A stretch of DNA of 64,000 nucleotides from an uncultured virus (IMG/VR IMGVR_UViG_3300044638_007692). Its lineage: Duplodnaviria; Heunggongvirae; Uroviricota; Caudoviricetes. The notes under the pieces are model-generated. The model ran no database searches and had not been told where the DNA came from. It saw nothing but the letters and a program-made list of their open reading frames with translations. Shown here in pieces: positions 9,722-19,900 of the stretch; within the stretch, counting starts at the first letter, position 1, and each line of letters opens with the position of its first letter. A program made the position numbers and the translations under genes. Location: the IMG/VR virus record IMGVR_UViG_3300044638_007692, positions 1 to 64,000 of that record. The stretch is one strand, 5' to 3'.

Positions 9722-9892
9722 AGGACAGAAACACGGCGTTTTCCGTCCAATCACCTTTTATAAGTGGTTGTACCATTTATAACTAGGTGGAGTGCCTCCA
9801 CGCATTTATTGCGTTTCTCGGAGTCCCTCGGCCTCGACTAAATCAGCGATAGAACTATTGTTTTGTTCTACACAACTGCCCAAGGAGGGACA
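9722..9892 (+). promoter_or_regulatory. promoter and structured 5' leader of the major capsid gene
   Basis: Candidate -10 TACCAT 9771-9776; hairpins GTGGAG-tgc-CTCCAC (9787-9801), ACGCA-tttat-TGCGT (9800-9815), TAGAAC/GTTCTA (9850-9870); SD AAGGAGG 9882-9888. Confidence 0.55.
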
Positions 9893-11983
9893 GTGGACCG
9901 AATCACAGAAATGATGGATTCTCTGTCTGAACTCGACAGCGATAAGCTTGCCGATCTTCAACAGACAATCATCAGCGAATTCGAATCGGTTGAGAAATCA
10001 GACATCACTCCTGAGACAGTTGACGCTATGAAGTCGCTCGCCGACATGCTTGATTCAGTTCGCACTGAGCTAAAGCAGCGCGAAGCCGCAGTTCAGGAGC
10101 TCGCCCAGCGGGCCGCTGAGGCCGCGTCCCGTGTTTACGGCGACGACAAGAAGGAAGATGGCGAAATGCCAGAATCAGATGAAGCTAAAGAAGGAGACAC
10201 CGATATGGAAAAGTCTCCTGAAATGGCTGCACCTGTAATGGAAGAGGAAAAGAAGGAAGAAGCTCCAGCTCCTGCTGAAGAAGTTCCTGCTGCTCCTGCC
10301 GATTCCGCACCTGCAGCTGAAGAAGCACCTGTTGCTGAAACAGATGCAGAAAAAGAGAAGGAAGAGGAGAAAAAGCCAATGACCGAAGCGTCAACAGAGT
10401 CTGAGAAGACCGTCGAGCTCTCAACTGAGACAACCGAGACAGCTGAAGTAGCACCAGTTGCTACAGAGGCACAAGTAGTTACCGCATCAGCAGAAGAGGA
10501 AGCAGCACCTGCTGCAGAGGCTTCAGCAGATGTAGCAGAGGAAGCACCTGCTTCTGATGCAGATGCAGATGCAGCATCCGATGATGCAGCAGATGCAGCA
10601 GCCGATGTCGCCGATGGCGCAGAGGCTTCAATTCAAGAAACCCAAACAAATGAACCAGTTGTGGTTCAGGAAACTATGGAGGCACCCGTGACCGCCGCTG
10701 CAAATGCAGACGACCTCACACCAGAGGTCCCAGCGGACCGCCGTCCTGTAGCTCAGGTATCAGCCGCTCCCGTGGCAATCACGGCAGGTGCTGACATTCC
10801 TGGCCTAACAGCTGGCAGCCCGCTTTCAAGCATGGACGATGTAGCTGAAGCTTTTTCAAAGCGCATCCATGCTCTACGCCGTGTAAACGGCGGAGATGGA
10901 GAACAACACATTGTTGCATCCGTCTCTACCTCTTTCCCAGAAGAGCGCACTCTTTCAACAGATGCTGAAGCTAACTGGGCAAAGATCCAAAAAGTTGTCT
11001 CTCCAGAAGCCATTGTGGCTGCTGGTGGACACGTCGCACCATTCGAGGTTCGCTACGACATCTTCGGACTAGGAACTACAGCACGTCCAGTACGTGACGC
11101 ACTTCCTCGTTTCCAAGCTGACCGTGGTGGTATCCGCTACATCGTTCCACCAGTTCTAACTGACTATGCAAACGCTGTCGGTGTATGGACTGCAGCAAAC
11201 GATGCAGCAACCACTCCAAACCCTGCTGCTAAGGCAAGTTTGACAGTGGCAGCAGCATCTGAGACAACAGTCGCAACTGACGCTGTTACTCTACAGATGC
11301 AGTTCGGTAACCTTGCAACTCGTGCATATCCTGAGTTGATCGCTCGTCACAACGAGCTTGGTCTTATTCAGCACGCACGTGAGGCAGAGCAAAACCTTCT
11401 AGCGAAGATTGCAGCTGGTTCAACAGCTGTTACAACTTCTTCACTAATCGGTTTCGGTCGTGACTTCCTAGTACAGGTTGGTCGCGCAGCAACTGCTTAC
11501 CGTTCACGTCACCGTCTAGAAGCTGACGCATCACTTCGCATCATTATCCCAGCATGGGTTAAGGATGCAATGGCAGCTGACCTAGCACTAAACATGCCTG
11601 GTGATTCAACATTGAACGCTTACTCAGAGATCGACGGCTACCTAGCTGCTCGTGGCGTTGTCGTAAGCTACTCACTTGACCAAGATGTATTCGGCGCTCA
11701 GGGTGCAACAGCACTTGTTGAGTTCACCGATTCATTCACATGGTACCTATTCGCTGAAGGAACATTCTTGTTCCTAGATGGCGGAACTTTGGACCTTGGA
11801 ATCATCCGCGACTCATCTCTAGTCGGAACTAACGACTACAAGATGTTCGTAGAAACATTCGAAGGTGTTGCAAAGGTCGGTATCGAAGGTCTTGCAATCA
11901 CTTCAACCATCAGCATCAACGGTGTAGCAGCAGCTCTCCGTGATACAACTGGTGGCGCAACAGCTGCAGCAGTCGAATACTAA
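9893..11983 (+). CDS. major capsid protein with long acidic N-terminal scaffold-like region
   Basis: Strong SD AAGGAGG before GTG at 9893 (the ORF-track start at 9863 lacks an SD). Acidic Ala/Glu/Pro-rich N-terminus; C-terminal domain with RDALPRFQADRGGIRY and GGTLDLGIIRDSSLVGTNDYKMFVETFEG, typical of actinophage HK97-fold capsids. Confidence 0.85.
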   Translation: MDRITEMMDSLSELDSDKLADLQQTIISEFESVEKSDITPETVDAMKSLADMLDSVRTELKQREAAVQELAQRAAEAASRVYGDDKKEDGEMPESDEAKEGDTDMEKSPEMAAPVMEEEKKEEAPAPAEEVPAAPADSAPAAEEAPVAETDAEKEKEEEKKPMTEASTESEKTVELSTETTETAEVAPVATEAQVVTASAEEEAAPAAEASADVAEEAPASDADADAASDDAADAAADVADGAEASIQETQTNEPVVVQETMEAPVTAAANADDLTPEVPADRRPVAQVSAAPVAITAGADIPGLTAGSPLSSMDDVAEAFSKRIHALRRVNGGDGEQHIVASVSTSFPEERTLSTDAEANWAKIQKVVSPEAIVAAGGHVAPFEVRYDIFGLGTTARPVRDALPRFQADRGGIRYIVPPVLTDYANAVGVWTAANDAATTPNPAAKASLTVAAASETTVATDAVTLQMQFGNLATRAYPELIARHNELGLIQHAREAEQNLLAKIAAGSTAVTTSSLIGFGRDFLVQVGRAATAYRSRHRLEADASLRIIIPAWVKDAMAADLALNMPGDSTLNAYSEIDGYLAARGVVVSYSLDQDVFGAQGATALVEFTDSFTWYLFAEGTFLFLDGGTLDLGIIRDSSLVGTNDYKMFVETFEGVAKVGIEGLAITSTISINGVAAALRDTTGGATAAAVEY

Positions 11984-12035
11984 AATTCGATAAATAACAC
12001 GTAGGCAACGCTTAGGAACGAAGGAGTAAGAACAA

Positions 12036-12926
12036 ATGGCACCATTCAGAGGAGTTTTTCCAGCGAATGAGCTAGTTCCTGCCCCTTGCGGTCTCCTAAG
12101 CGTTGCCCGTGTTATGCAGCACACTGGGCGCGAAGGCGACGAGAGATGGGTTCGTCGTTTTTCACAAGAGTTTGATTCAATCCCATCATATTTGCGTCTT
12201 CTAACTGTAAACGACGAGACAATTACAGATGGTGAGCTTTTTGATGGCTCAGGCGAAGACAAGTACATTGACTACGTTCCATTTTACGTAGATGCAGAAC
12301 TTTTTGATTCAACATTTAGCCTTCCAGGTGAAGACCGCTTCGCACAAGTAACTAAGGTGCTTGAGGCAGTTACACAGAAGGCAGTAGAAAGAGAATTCTG
12401 GGAGGGCGTAGCAGCTCTTGAAGAGACATCTGCCTCTGGCAACATGTTCCTTCGTAAGAGTGGTGCTGCAACCGTTCCAGTTTCTGGCGCTAAAAAGCCA
12501 GAGAATGCACTAATGATTCTAGAGCAAGCTATTGCTGAATCACCTACTGGTGAGAATGCAGTTATTCACATGACTCGCGATGTAGCTTCAATTCTAGGCT
12601 CCCGTCTTATTTACAAGAAGGGCGACAACGAGAACTCAGGAAGTGCTATGACACGTCTTGGTACTCGTGTAGTCATTGGTTCAGGTTATACAGGTAACGG
12701 TCCAATTGGTGATGCTAATGCTGCCGCATCTGCTACCAACAAGTGGATTTATGCAACTGGAATGGTTGATGTTCACCTCGGCAAGGTCGAGATTGTGAAT
12801 GAAAACTTAGCCCAGGGTGCAGATGTTACAATTAATAACATGCGGATTAAGGCGTTTCGCCCTGCAGCTGCGTATGCAGATCCGTCAATTCATTACGCAA
12901 TGCGAGTGACACTTCCTAATGACTAA
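12036..12926 (+). CDS. putative minor capsid/decoration protein
   Basis: 296 aa directly after the MCP with SD AAGGAG; GLLSVA...LGTRVVIGSGY resembles post-MCP genes of actinophages. Confidence 0.55.
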   Translation: MAPFRGVFPANELVPAPCGLLSVARVMQHTGREGDERWVRRFSQEFDSIPSYLRLLTVNDETITDGELFDGSGEDKYIDYVPFYVDAELFDSTFSLPGEDRFAQVTKVLEAVTQKAVEREFWEGVAALEETSASGNMFLRKSGAATVPVSGAKKPENALMILEQAIAESPTGENAVIHMTRDVASILGSRLIYKKGDNENSGSAMTRLGTRVVIGSGYTGNGPIGDANAAASATNKWIYATGMVDVHLGKVEIVNENLAQGADVTINNMRIKAFRPAAAYADPSIHYAMRVTLPND

Positions 12927-12955
12927 GCCCAACAAAGAATAAGGAGCACACTGGA

Positions 12956-14002
12956 ATGGCTACACAGGACTACGCGGCTAGCGTCCAAGGTGTGGCGATC
13001 CGAGTCACTCGACTGGACGCCGCTGGTAACTTGCTCAATGGAGCAGGTGACTCTTACACCACCTCGGCGTTTCTTCGCGCATCATTCACCCCAGAATATG
13101 AAGAGGGTGACGAAATCGTTGAAAAGTCTGCTGATGGCACTGTATGTGTATCGTACAAGGCACCAGACACACTAAAGCGCATCACAATGGAGATCGCGAT
13201 TTGCGAACCAGACTCAGAGCTTTCAGCTCTTATGTCTGGCGGTCTACTTCTCCGCAAGAATTTTGGTTCTTACGCATCACCTGACAACAAGTCAGTCGGT
13301 TGGGCCGCACCAGCCGTTGGCGATGACCCAGCTGGTAACGGCGTGGCAATTGAAGTTTGGTCTTACGCAGTTAAGGATGGAAAGCGTGCAACTGGCCTTC
13401 CATACTTCTACTGGGTATTCCCATACTGCAAGCTTCGTCAATCAGGTGACCGCGTCATCGAAAATGGTTTGCTTGCAAACACATTCGAAGGATACGGTCT
13501 TGGAAACCCAGAGTTTAATGCTGGTCTAGATGGCCGCTGGGAGTTCCCAGTAGCAGCAGAGCGTCCATACTCATACGCTCGCGCATCATGGGCACCAGAA
13601 GGACTAAAGGGCTTCTACCGCTGGTTCGACTTGTCATCAAAGACAGTAACCAACAAGTCTCTAACTTCAAACGTTGCAACCCTTACAACAGGTTCAGCAC
13701 ACGGCTTTGAAGTTGGACAAACTGTTACTGTGGCAGATGTAGATTCCACATTCAATGGAACTCACACAATCACTGCAACACCAACAACAACTTCATTCCG
13801 CTTCGCTAAGACAGCTACAGATGTTTCATCTACAGCAGTTAGCCCAGCAGGTTCTGCAGTTCGTAACCGTGGTTACCTAGCAGTGTCTGACTTTGACGCT
13901 CAAGGTTCAGAGACTGGATACAACGTTCCAGGTTCTGATGCATACAACCCAGATCTACCAATCGACTTCATTATTGCGTCGACTGAGGATCCATCCGCCT
14001 AA
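12956..14002 (+). CDS. major tail (tube) protein with C-terminal E1-FCCH-like beta domain
   Basis: IRVTRLD...EEGDEI...CVSYKAPDTLKR...ICEPD...YFYWVFP tail-tube pattern; C-terminal VATLTTGSAHGF...FNGTHTIT module; SD AAGGAG. Confidence 0.8.
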   Translation: MATQDYAASVQGVAIRVTRLDAAGNLLNGAGDSYTTSAFLRASFTPEYEEGDEIVEKSADGTVCVSYKAPDTLKRITMEIAICEPDSELSALMSGGLLLRKNFGSYASPDNKSVGWAAPAVGDDPAGNGVAIEVWSYAVKDGKRATGLPYFYWVFPYCKLRQSGDRVIENGLLANTFEGYGLGNPEFNAGLDGRWEFPVAAERPYSYARASWAPEGLKGFYRWFDLSSKTVTNKSLTSNVATLTTGSAHGFEVGQTVTVADVDSTFNGTHTITATPTTTSFRFAKTATDVSSTAVSPAGSAVRNRGYLAVSDFDAQGSETGYNVPGSDAYNPDLPIDFIIASTEDPSA

Positions 14003-14017
14003 TAATAGTAGGATAAA

Positions 14018-14067
14018 GGGGCGGGCAGATGCCGTTTGTGTCTAACACTCGGTTCCCTGTCCGCCCC
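14018..14067 (+). terminator. GC-rich stem-loop after the tail tube gene (terminator or mRNA stabiliser)
   Basis: GGGGCGGGCAG (14018-14028) pairs with CTGTCCGCCCC (14057-14067) with one G-U; short inner stems CCG/CGG and GTGT/ACAC; only a weak U-tract follows. Confidence 0.65.
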
Positions 14068-14096
14068 TATTCACATCTGGAGAAGAAAGGGACGAA

Positions 14097-15236
14097 ATGA
14101 GCAATCTTTGGGTTGAAACAGATGAGTTAGGTATCTATGCCGACTCTGACTATGCCTACGATGCCGTTAAAACCGCTTCTTACATGCTTTGGGCCATGTC
14201 AGGCCGTAAATTTTCTGGAAGCACAACAGTAACGGAGCGTTATGTTTCAGTTTATGACCCGTATCTTCGTGCTGGTGCTTCTCGCCTTTCTTATTCTCCT
14301 ACCCTTATTAATGGTCAGGTAGAAAACCTTCCACAAGGTGGTTTTGGTTTTGATTCACATCACGATTATCAAGGTGATGGAACTTCTTCTTACAGTCGTG
14401 TAAGACTTCGTGGTCGTAAAGTAGTTCGCGTACACGCTCTTCGCACTGGCGATGGCGATATTGTCGACCCTAACACTTATTATTTAGCTGACCACTCGAC
14501 CATTTACGGAACTCCAAATGCTACTTGGACACCTTCCAACGTTGAGGTCACATACACCTACGGAACTCCTCCTCCAGTAGCTGGCAAAGCTGCAGCCAGA
14601 ATGTTGGCTATTGAACTTGTAAAGCTTTATGAAGGCGACGACACCTGTGCCCTTCCTCAAAGAGTTACTTCTGTATCTCGCCAAGGCGTTACTTACACAG
14701 TTTTAGATTCTCAAGATTTTATTGATGATTTGCGCACTGGTGTTTATGCAATTGACTTGTTTTTAAAAACAGTAAACCCAGATAAGGCTCGTGCTCGTTC
14801 TCGTGTATTCTCACCAGATACACCTCGCGCTCGCCGCATTATTGGTCAGGCACCAGCATTTGAGCTTTCTGCGTATGACTTGTATTTCAACCAAGAAGGC
14901 GGAACAGTTGTCTATTATTTAGACGAGCTAAACGCAGACTTCTTAACAGAAGATCAAGAGTGGGCGATATCTACAACTGTATCCAACTACACCAACACAA
15001 CAAGCACAACTTTTGAGTCTGCTGCTGTTTTGGATAGAATAGAAGGAACAATTCGTCTTAGCCTTACCTATTCACAGCTTTTGCCTATTTTGGGCACTCG
15101 TGACCCAGGAATTCTAGATTTGTACGCAACACGTCCAAGTTTGGGCAATCCTGAAGTAGATGAAGTGATTAACTTGCTAACTAGCAACGTTATTTATCAA
15201 CTAGGGAACCCTGTAAACCCAATAGTTCTACCTTAG
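14097..15236 (+). CDS. head-to-tail adaptor with C-terminal extension
   Basis: AVKTASYMLWAMSGRKF...VTYTYGTPPP...CALPQRVTSVSRQGVT...TGVYAIDLFLKTVNP, a pattern of actinophage adaptors. Confidence 0.75.
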   Translation: MSNLWVETDELGIYADSDYAYDAVKTASYMLWAMSGRKFSGSTTVTERYVSVYDPYLRAGASRLSYSPTLINGQVENLPQGGFGFDSHHDYQGDGTSSYSRVRLRGRKVVRVHALRTGDGDIVDPNTYYLADHSTIYGTPNATWTPSNVEVTYTYGTPPPVAGKAAARMLAIELVKLYEGDDTCALPQRVTSVSRQGVTYTVLDSQDFIDDLRTGVYAIDLFLKTVNPDKARARSRVFSPDTPRARRIIGQAPAFELSAYDLYFNQEGGTVVYYLDELNADFLTEDQEWAISTTVSNYTNTTSTTFESAAVLDRIEGTIRLSLTYSQLLPILGTRDPGILDLYATRPSLGNPEVDEVINLLTSNVIYQLGNPVNPIVLP

Positions 15237-15251
15237 AGACGGAGATAGACG

Positions 15252-15758
15252 ATGACACTTCCAAGTGTAATAAATGTGTCAGATGACGCAAAAAATCTTG
15301 CGAACTTAATGCAAGATGTCTTAGACAGAGTTATCACTGTTTATAACTCATACAGTATGCCTTTGCCAGCACGACGCTACTGGAATATTGCAACACCAGC
15401 TGTAGATTGCGAACAGCTCGTTGTTTCTATGATTCAAATGTATGTAGGAACTCCAGGCGATGAAGCAACTGAGCCTCGCCGTTGTAATGACCCACGAAGT
15501 GTCACTCTTAATATTTCTGTATCTCGCTCTGTTCCAATTCTGCAGAATAATGGACAACCACCACTAGCAGATGATATTCAGGCTGCCGCTGTGGTTGCAG
15601 CTTATGATGCTTGGATTTTGATGGAAAGCATTAATCAATTTGACTCATGGGCAACCAATGGACCTTACGGTCTTGGAGTAATTGCAACTGTTGACTCTGC
15701 TCCTCCTGAGGGCGGATTTCAAACAACTCGTATGACAATCACAATGGCGGTTCCATAA
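15252..15758 (+). CDS. putative tail terminator/neck protein
   Basis: 168 aa in neck position; DCEQLVV and PPEGG motifs. Confidence 0.5.
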   Translation: MTLPSVINVSDDAKNLANLMQDVLDRVITVYNSYSMPLPARRYWNIATPAVDCEQLVVSMIQMYVGTPGDEATEPRRCNDPRSVTLNISVSRSVPILQNNGQPPLADDIQAAAVVAAYDAWILMESINQFDSWATNGPYGLGVIATVDSAPPEGGFQTTRMTITMAVP

Positions 15759-15759
15759 A

Positions 15760-16146
15760 ATGCCTGTAATTTTTATTGAAAATAGAGCAGGTATGGAGTA
15801 CTTGCTAAGGAGCCCGAATGGTCCTGTAGGTAAAGACCTCAGACAGCGCGGTATAAGAGTTTTAACAGGTGCTAAGGCTCAGGTAGGAGTAAGAACTGGA
15901 GCACTTCGTGCTTCTTTGCATATGCGTCATTTTAGTGACACTAGAGGTCAGTATGTCCGAGTTGGTTCAAATCTGAATTACGCACGCCTACACCATGACG
16001 GTTCTATTCCGCACATCATTAAGCCAAATCGTAAGCATACGTTGAAGTTCCAAACAAAGGGACAGATTATTTTTGCCCATGTTGTAAAACATCCAGGTAC
16101 AAAACCTAACCGTTATCTCACCGATAACCTTAGGTTGGCAGGGTAA
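15760..16146 (+). CDS. HK97 gp10-like neck/tail completion protein
   Basis: VRTGALRASL...VGSNLNYA..HHDG..PH.I.P...V.HPGTKPNRYL. Confidence 0.7.
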   Translation: MPVIFIENRAGMEYLLRSPNGPVGKDLRQRGIRVLTGAKAQVGVRTGALRASLHMRHFSDTRGQYVRVGSNLNYARLHHDGSIPHIIKPNRKHTLKFQTKGQIIFAHVVKHPGTKPNRYLTDNLRLAG

Positions 16147-16200
16147 AATAGAACGTCTGCTACACACGTAGTAGACAACGACACAAACAAAGGAAACAAG

Positions 16201-16548
16201 ATGACAAACCGATTCAAGGACTTCGGTGGAACGGTCGTAGACCAGTCTCCACTTTCGTTCAAGATTCACGGTGAAGAGTTCCAATGCCGTCCAGCAATTC
16301 AAGGCAAGGTACTTCTCAACATCGTGGCAGGTGCAGACGAATCTGATGGTGCAGCGGTAGCACGTACCATCAACGACTTCTTTGAGAAGACCCTTCTTCC
16401 AGAGAGCTTGGACAAGTTCAACGCACTTCTTAATGACCCAGACAAAATCGTTACAGTCGATACTCTTGGTGAAATCACTGCGTGGCTTGTAGAGGAGTAT
16501 TCAAGCCGCCCTACGCAGCAGCCAGAGCCTTCATCGAGTGGGCAGTAG
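16201..16548 (+). CDS. tail assembly chaperone (gpG-like)
   Basis: 115 aa upstream of the tape measure, ends ...SSRPTQQPEPSSSGQ. Confidence 0.75.
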   Translation: MTNRFKDFGGTVVDQSPLSFKIHGEEFQCRPAIQGKVLLNIVAGADESDGAAVARTINDFFEKTLLPESLDKFNALLNDPDKIVTVDTLGEITAWLVEEYSSRPTQQPEPSSSGQ

Positions 16549-16916
16549 ATCTCTGGCCCTACGTTAATGGGAAGGCACTTGTGAGCGGGCTGAAACTAGT
16601 TGAAATGGATGCGGCTGATATGGTCGACGTCCTTCACTACTATTTTGAAGATGATTTAAATATCGTCTCTCAAGAACAGGTAGCAGCAAAGTCAGAGTCT
16701 CGTTCAGTGATCTACAGAACGTTGTATGGCACGACTTACAAGTACAGAGTTGATACAGGAATGAAATCAGAAACTGCATCTAGCTCGTCTTCTTTTGATG
16801 ATCTAGTTCCATTTGATCCATCAAATAACGTAACAAAACCATATGTACCGCCAACAGAGTTTGATGCTGATGCACCAAGCCCTTTTGGCAGAACTCTTGA
16901 CGCACCGCTCGGCTAA
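16473..16916 (+). CDS. tail assembly chaperone -1 frameshift extension (gpGT-like)
   Basis: The -1 frame is open from 16473 (after TGA 16470-16472) to 16916, overlaps the gpG 3' end, has no good SD and lies just before the tape measure. Confidence 0.7.
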   Translation, partial: NHCVACRGVFKPPYAAARAFIEWAVDLWPYVNGKALVSGLKLVEMDAADMVDVLHYYFEDDLNIVSQEQVAAKSESRSVIYRTLYGTTYKYRVDTGMKSETASSSSSFDDLVPFDPSNNVTKPYVPPTEFDADAPSPFGRTLDAPLG

Positions 16917-16938
16917 TCGAAATAGGAGGTGATAGCAC

Positions 16939-19900
16939 ATGGCAGTAGTAGGTGAAGCACACGTCATTGTCCGTGCTATTACCAACCGCGTTCGTCCTGA
17001 TATCCAAAGAGCTTTTGAGGGTCTTGATGGAATTGGTGAGGACGCTGGTCGTAATATTTCTGACTCTTTTTCAAGAGGATTAGCCAGCGGTGACCGAGAT
17101 AGAGGCGGTCTTTTTAGTGCAAAATTTAGACGAGAAGCAGAAGATGCTCGTTTAGGTCTACAAAGACTTATCACTACAGGTTATTTCTTAGGTCCAGCTA
17201 TTACTGGACTTGTTGGTGCTGTTGGTGCCCTTGGTGGAGGACTTCTAACTCTTGGAGCGACTGCTTCTGCAGTTGCAGCAGGTGGTTTAGTAGCAGTTGC
17301 TTCTACTTTAGGAGCCTTAGGTCAAGCAGCTCTAACAGCTAAATTAGCTTTTGCTGGTGTCTCTAAAGCATTGTCTGCTGGTTTAAAGACTCAAAAAGCT
17401 TCTGCTTCTAATGATAAAGCAATTGCAGCAGCAAAACGTCGTTTAGCTGATGCTCAATTAAAGTTAAAGCGTCTTCAAGATGAGGCAAAACCAGAACTCC
17501 TTGCTCGACTAACACAGCGGCAAGTTGAGGCAGAGGAAGACCTTGCTAACGCAAAGATTTCTGCTTCGCGTTCTGAAAGAGCCTATAGAGATTCACTTGA
17601 AGCAAGTAATAAAGCAACAGAGCAGCTCAACAAAGCTAGAGAAGATGCAAAAGAGAAACTGCAGCAACTTCGCTTTGAAACTGAGGGTGCTGCAATTTCT
17701 GAAAAGAAGGCACGCCTTGAGTTTATTAAAGCTCGTGATGCATTGCAGCGTGTTCAAGACCTTCCACCAAACTCTCGTGCTCGTCAAGAAGCAGAGCTTG
17801 CTTTTGCTGAGGCAGACCTCAACCTTCGTAAGGCTATCGATAGAAACAAGGACCTAAAGAAGGAAGAAAAGGCTGCTACTGCAGCGGGCGTTGAAGGTTC
17901 ACAAGAAGTAAAAGATGCTGTTATTGCTCAAAGAAATGCTAGAGAAGCAGCAGCAGATTCTGCTATTGATTATGCAAAATCTATAAAAGCTGTAGCAGAT
18001 GCAGAAAAAGCTGCAGAAAATGCAAAAAATGAAGCAACCAATGATCCAGCCAAGAGCAAAGCCATACGTGACATTAATCGTCAAATTGCATCTGCTGTGC
18101 GGGATGTTTCTGACGCTCGTAAGGATTTAGCAGATGCTGAAAAGGGTCCTGGAGTTGACGCTTTTAATGACGCTCTCTCTGATTTGTCACCAGAAGCTCA
18201 GAGGTTTGTTAAGTACTTATTAAGTATTCAAGGCGAGTTTAAAAAGCTAAGAGCCGCCGCTGGAAAAGAACTATTTCCAAAACTTGAGACAGCGATACAA
18301 AATCTTGTAGATAACCTATTTCCAAAACTAATTCCTCTACTTCAGGGAACTGGAGGAGTGCTTGGCGATATTGCTATTGACTTTTCAAACACAATTACTG
18401 AGGGCACAAATCTTAAGAATCTTGAAACTGTTTGGAAGAATAACGACACTCTTCTAAGAAGAGTTGGTAAGGGTGCAAACGGATTCTATGGAGGTCTTCT
18501 TGCACTAGTAGCTGCTGCTGAGCCACTTATTGATAAGTTTGGTTTATGGATTCAACGTCTTGGAGAAACTTTCGACAAGACCATGAAGGCCAAGCAAGCC
18601 ACAGGTGAGCTTACTGAATTCTTTGAGAACATTAATCGCATCTCGAGTGGTCTTGGGGCAGCTTTTAAGAAGGGCTTTGGCTCTTTAGGCGACATCATTG
18701 ACAACGTTATTGCTCCTGGCGGTGCTGCAGATATCTTTGTCAAGTATCTAGATACCACATTCCAAAAGTGGAAGGACTTCACTCAGGGTGGTGCTGATAA
18801 TGAGAAGCTAACTACTTTCTTAAATGGTCTAACAACTAACTTTACAAAGCTTCTTGACCTTATTGGAAACATTATTGGAGAAGCAGCAAAAATTGGTGCT
18901 ACTCCACAGTTTGGTGTTTTTGTTGACAAACTAAACGAAGCTGTAGATATTTTTGGTTCAGTTGGAGAAGAGCTAAGTGGAGCTTTACCAGCACTTGGAG
19001 ATGTTGTAGTTAACTTTGCTAAGTTAGTAAAAGTATTCACTGAAAGTGGAGCTATTACAACATTCTTTAAAACTTTAAGTTCAATCTTTGAAGTTATTAC
19101 AAAAATATTTGGCAGTGATATTGCTCAGAAGGTTCTTGCTTTTGTTGGTGGTATTTTTGCTGTTTATCGAGCTTTTGCTTTAGTAGGTGGGGCAGCAAGG
19201 TTTGTATTTAAAGGATTTATTGGAGCAATTCTTAATGTTCAAAAATCCTTTACTAATCTAAAGAACTTTATCAAAGACCCATTTGGAAAACTTAGACAAG
19301 GCTCTGGACTAACACGTACCGAGCTTCAAAAGCAGATGGTTATTGATAAGCAAAAGAAAGCTGCTATGCAGGGAATTTATATCTCTGGAAAGCAAGCAGC
19401 AACTAGCTTAACTACTGTTGGAACAGCTTCTGCTGGTGCTAGAACTGGCATGCAAAAATCAACAGTTGCTGCTCGAATTAAGGCAGGAGCTCTTCGAGGT
19501 GTAGCAGGTGCTGCTCGTTTGGCTGGAGGCGCTCTACGCTTACTTGGAGGTCCTATTGGACTACTTTTACTTATTGTTCCTCTTATTATCTCAAACTGGG
19601 ACAAGATTGTTGCATTCTTTAAAGACTTTGGTCCAAAGGTTCTTAGATTCTTCCAAGAGTTTGGCTCAAAATTAGGAACGTGGTTTAGTGAATTATTTAC
19701 AAAAATTTCTGCATGGTTTACAGAGACTTTGGTTCCATTCTTAATCAGTCTTCCAGGACGATACATCAAACTTGTAGCTGGTTTTTGGCTTTGGATTTTT
19801 GATTTATTAGGTAATTTATTTACAAAAATTGGCAGTTGGTTTATGGATACTTTAGTTCCATTCCTAGTTTCCCTGCCAGGACGATACATCAAACTTGTAG

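Noticed and set aside
9863..9892. ORF-track start of the major capsid protein at TTG 9863
   Set aside because: No SD there and it lies within a hairpin; AAGGAGG points to GTG 9893
9722..9892. tRNA or known riboswitch in the capsid leader
   Set aside because: No T-loop/D-loop consensus or CCA, and no riboswitch consensus I recognise; kept only as an unclassified structured leader
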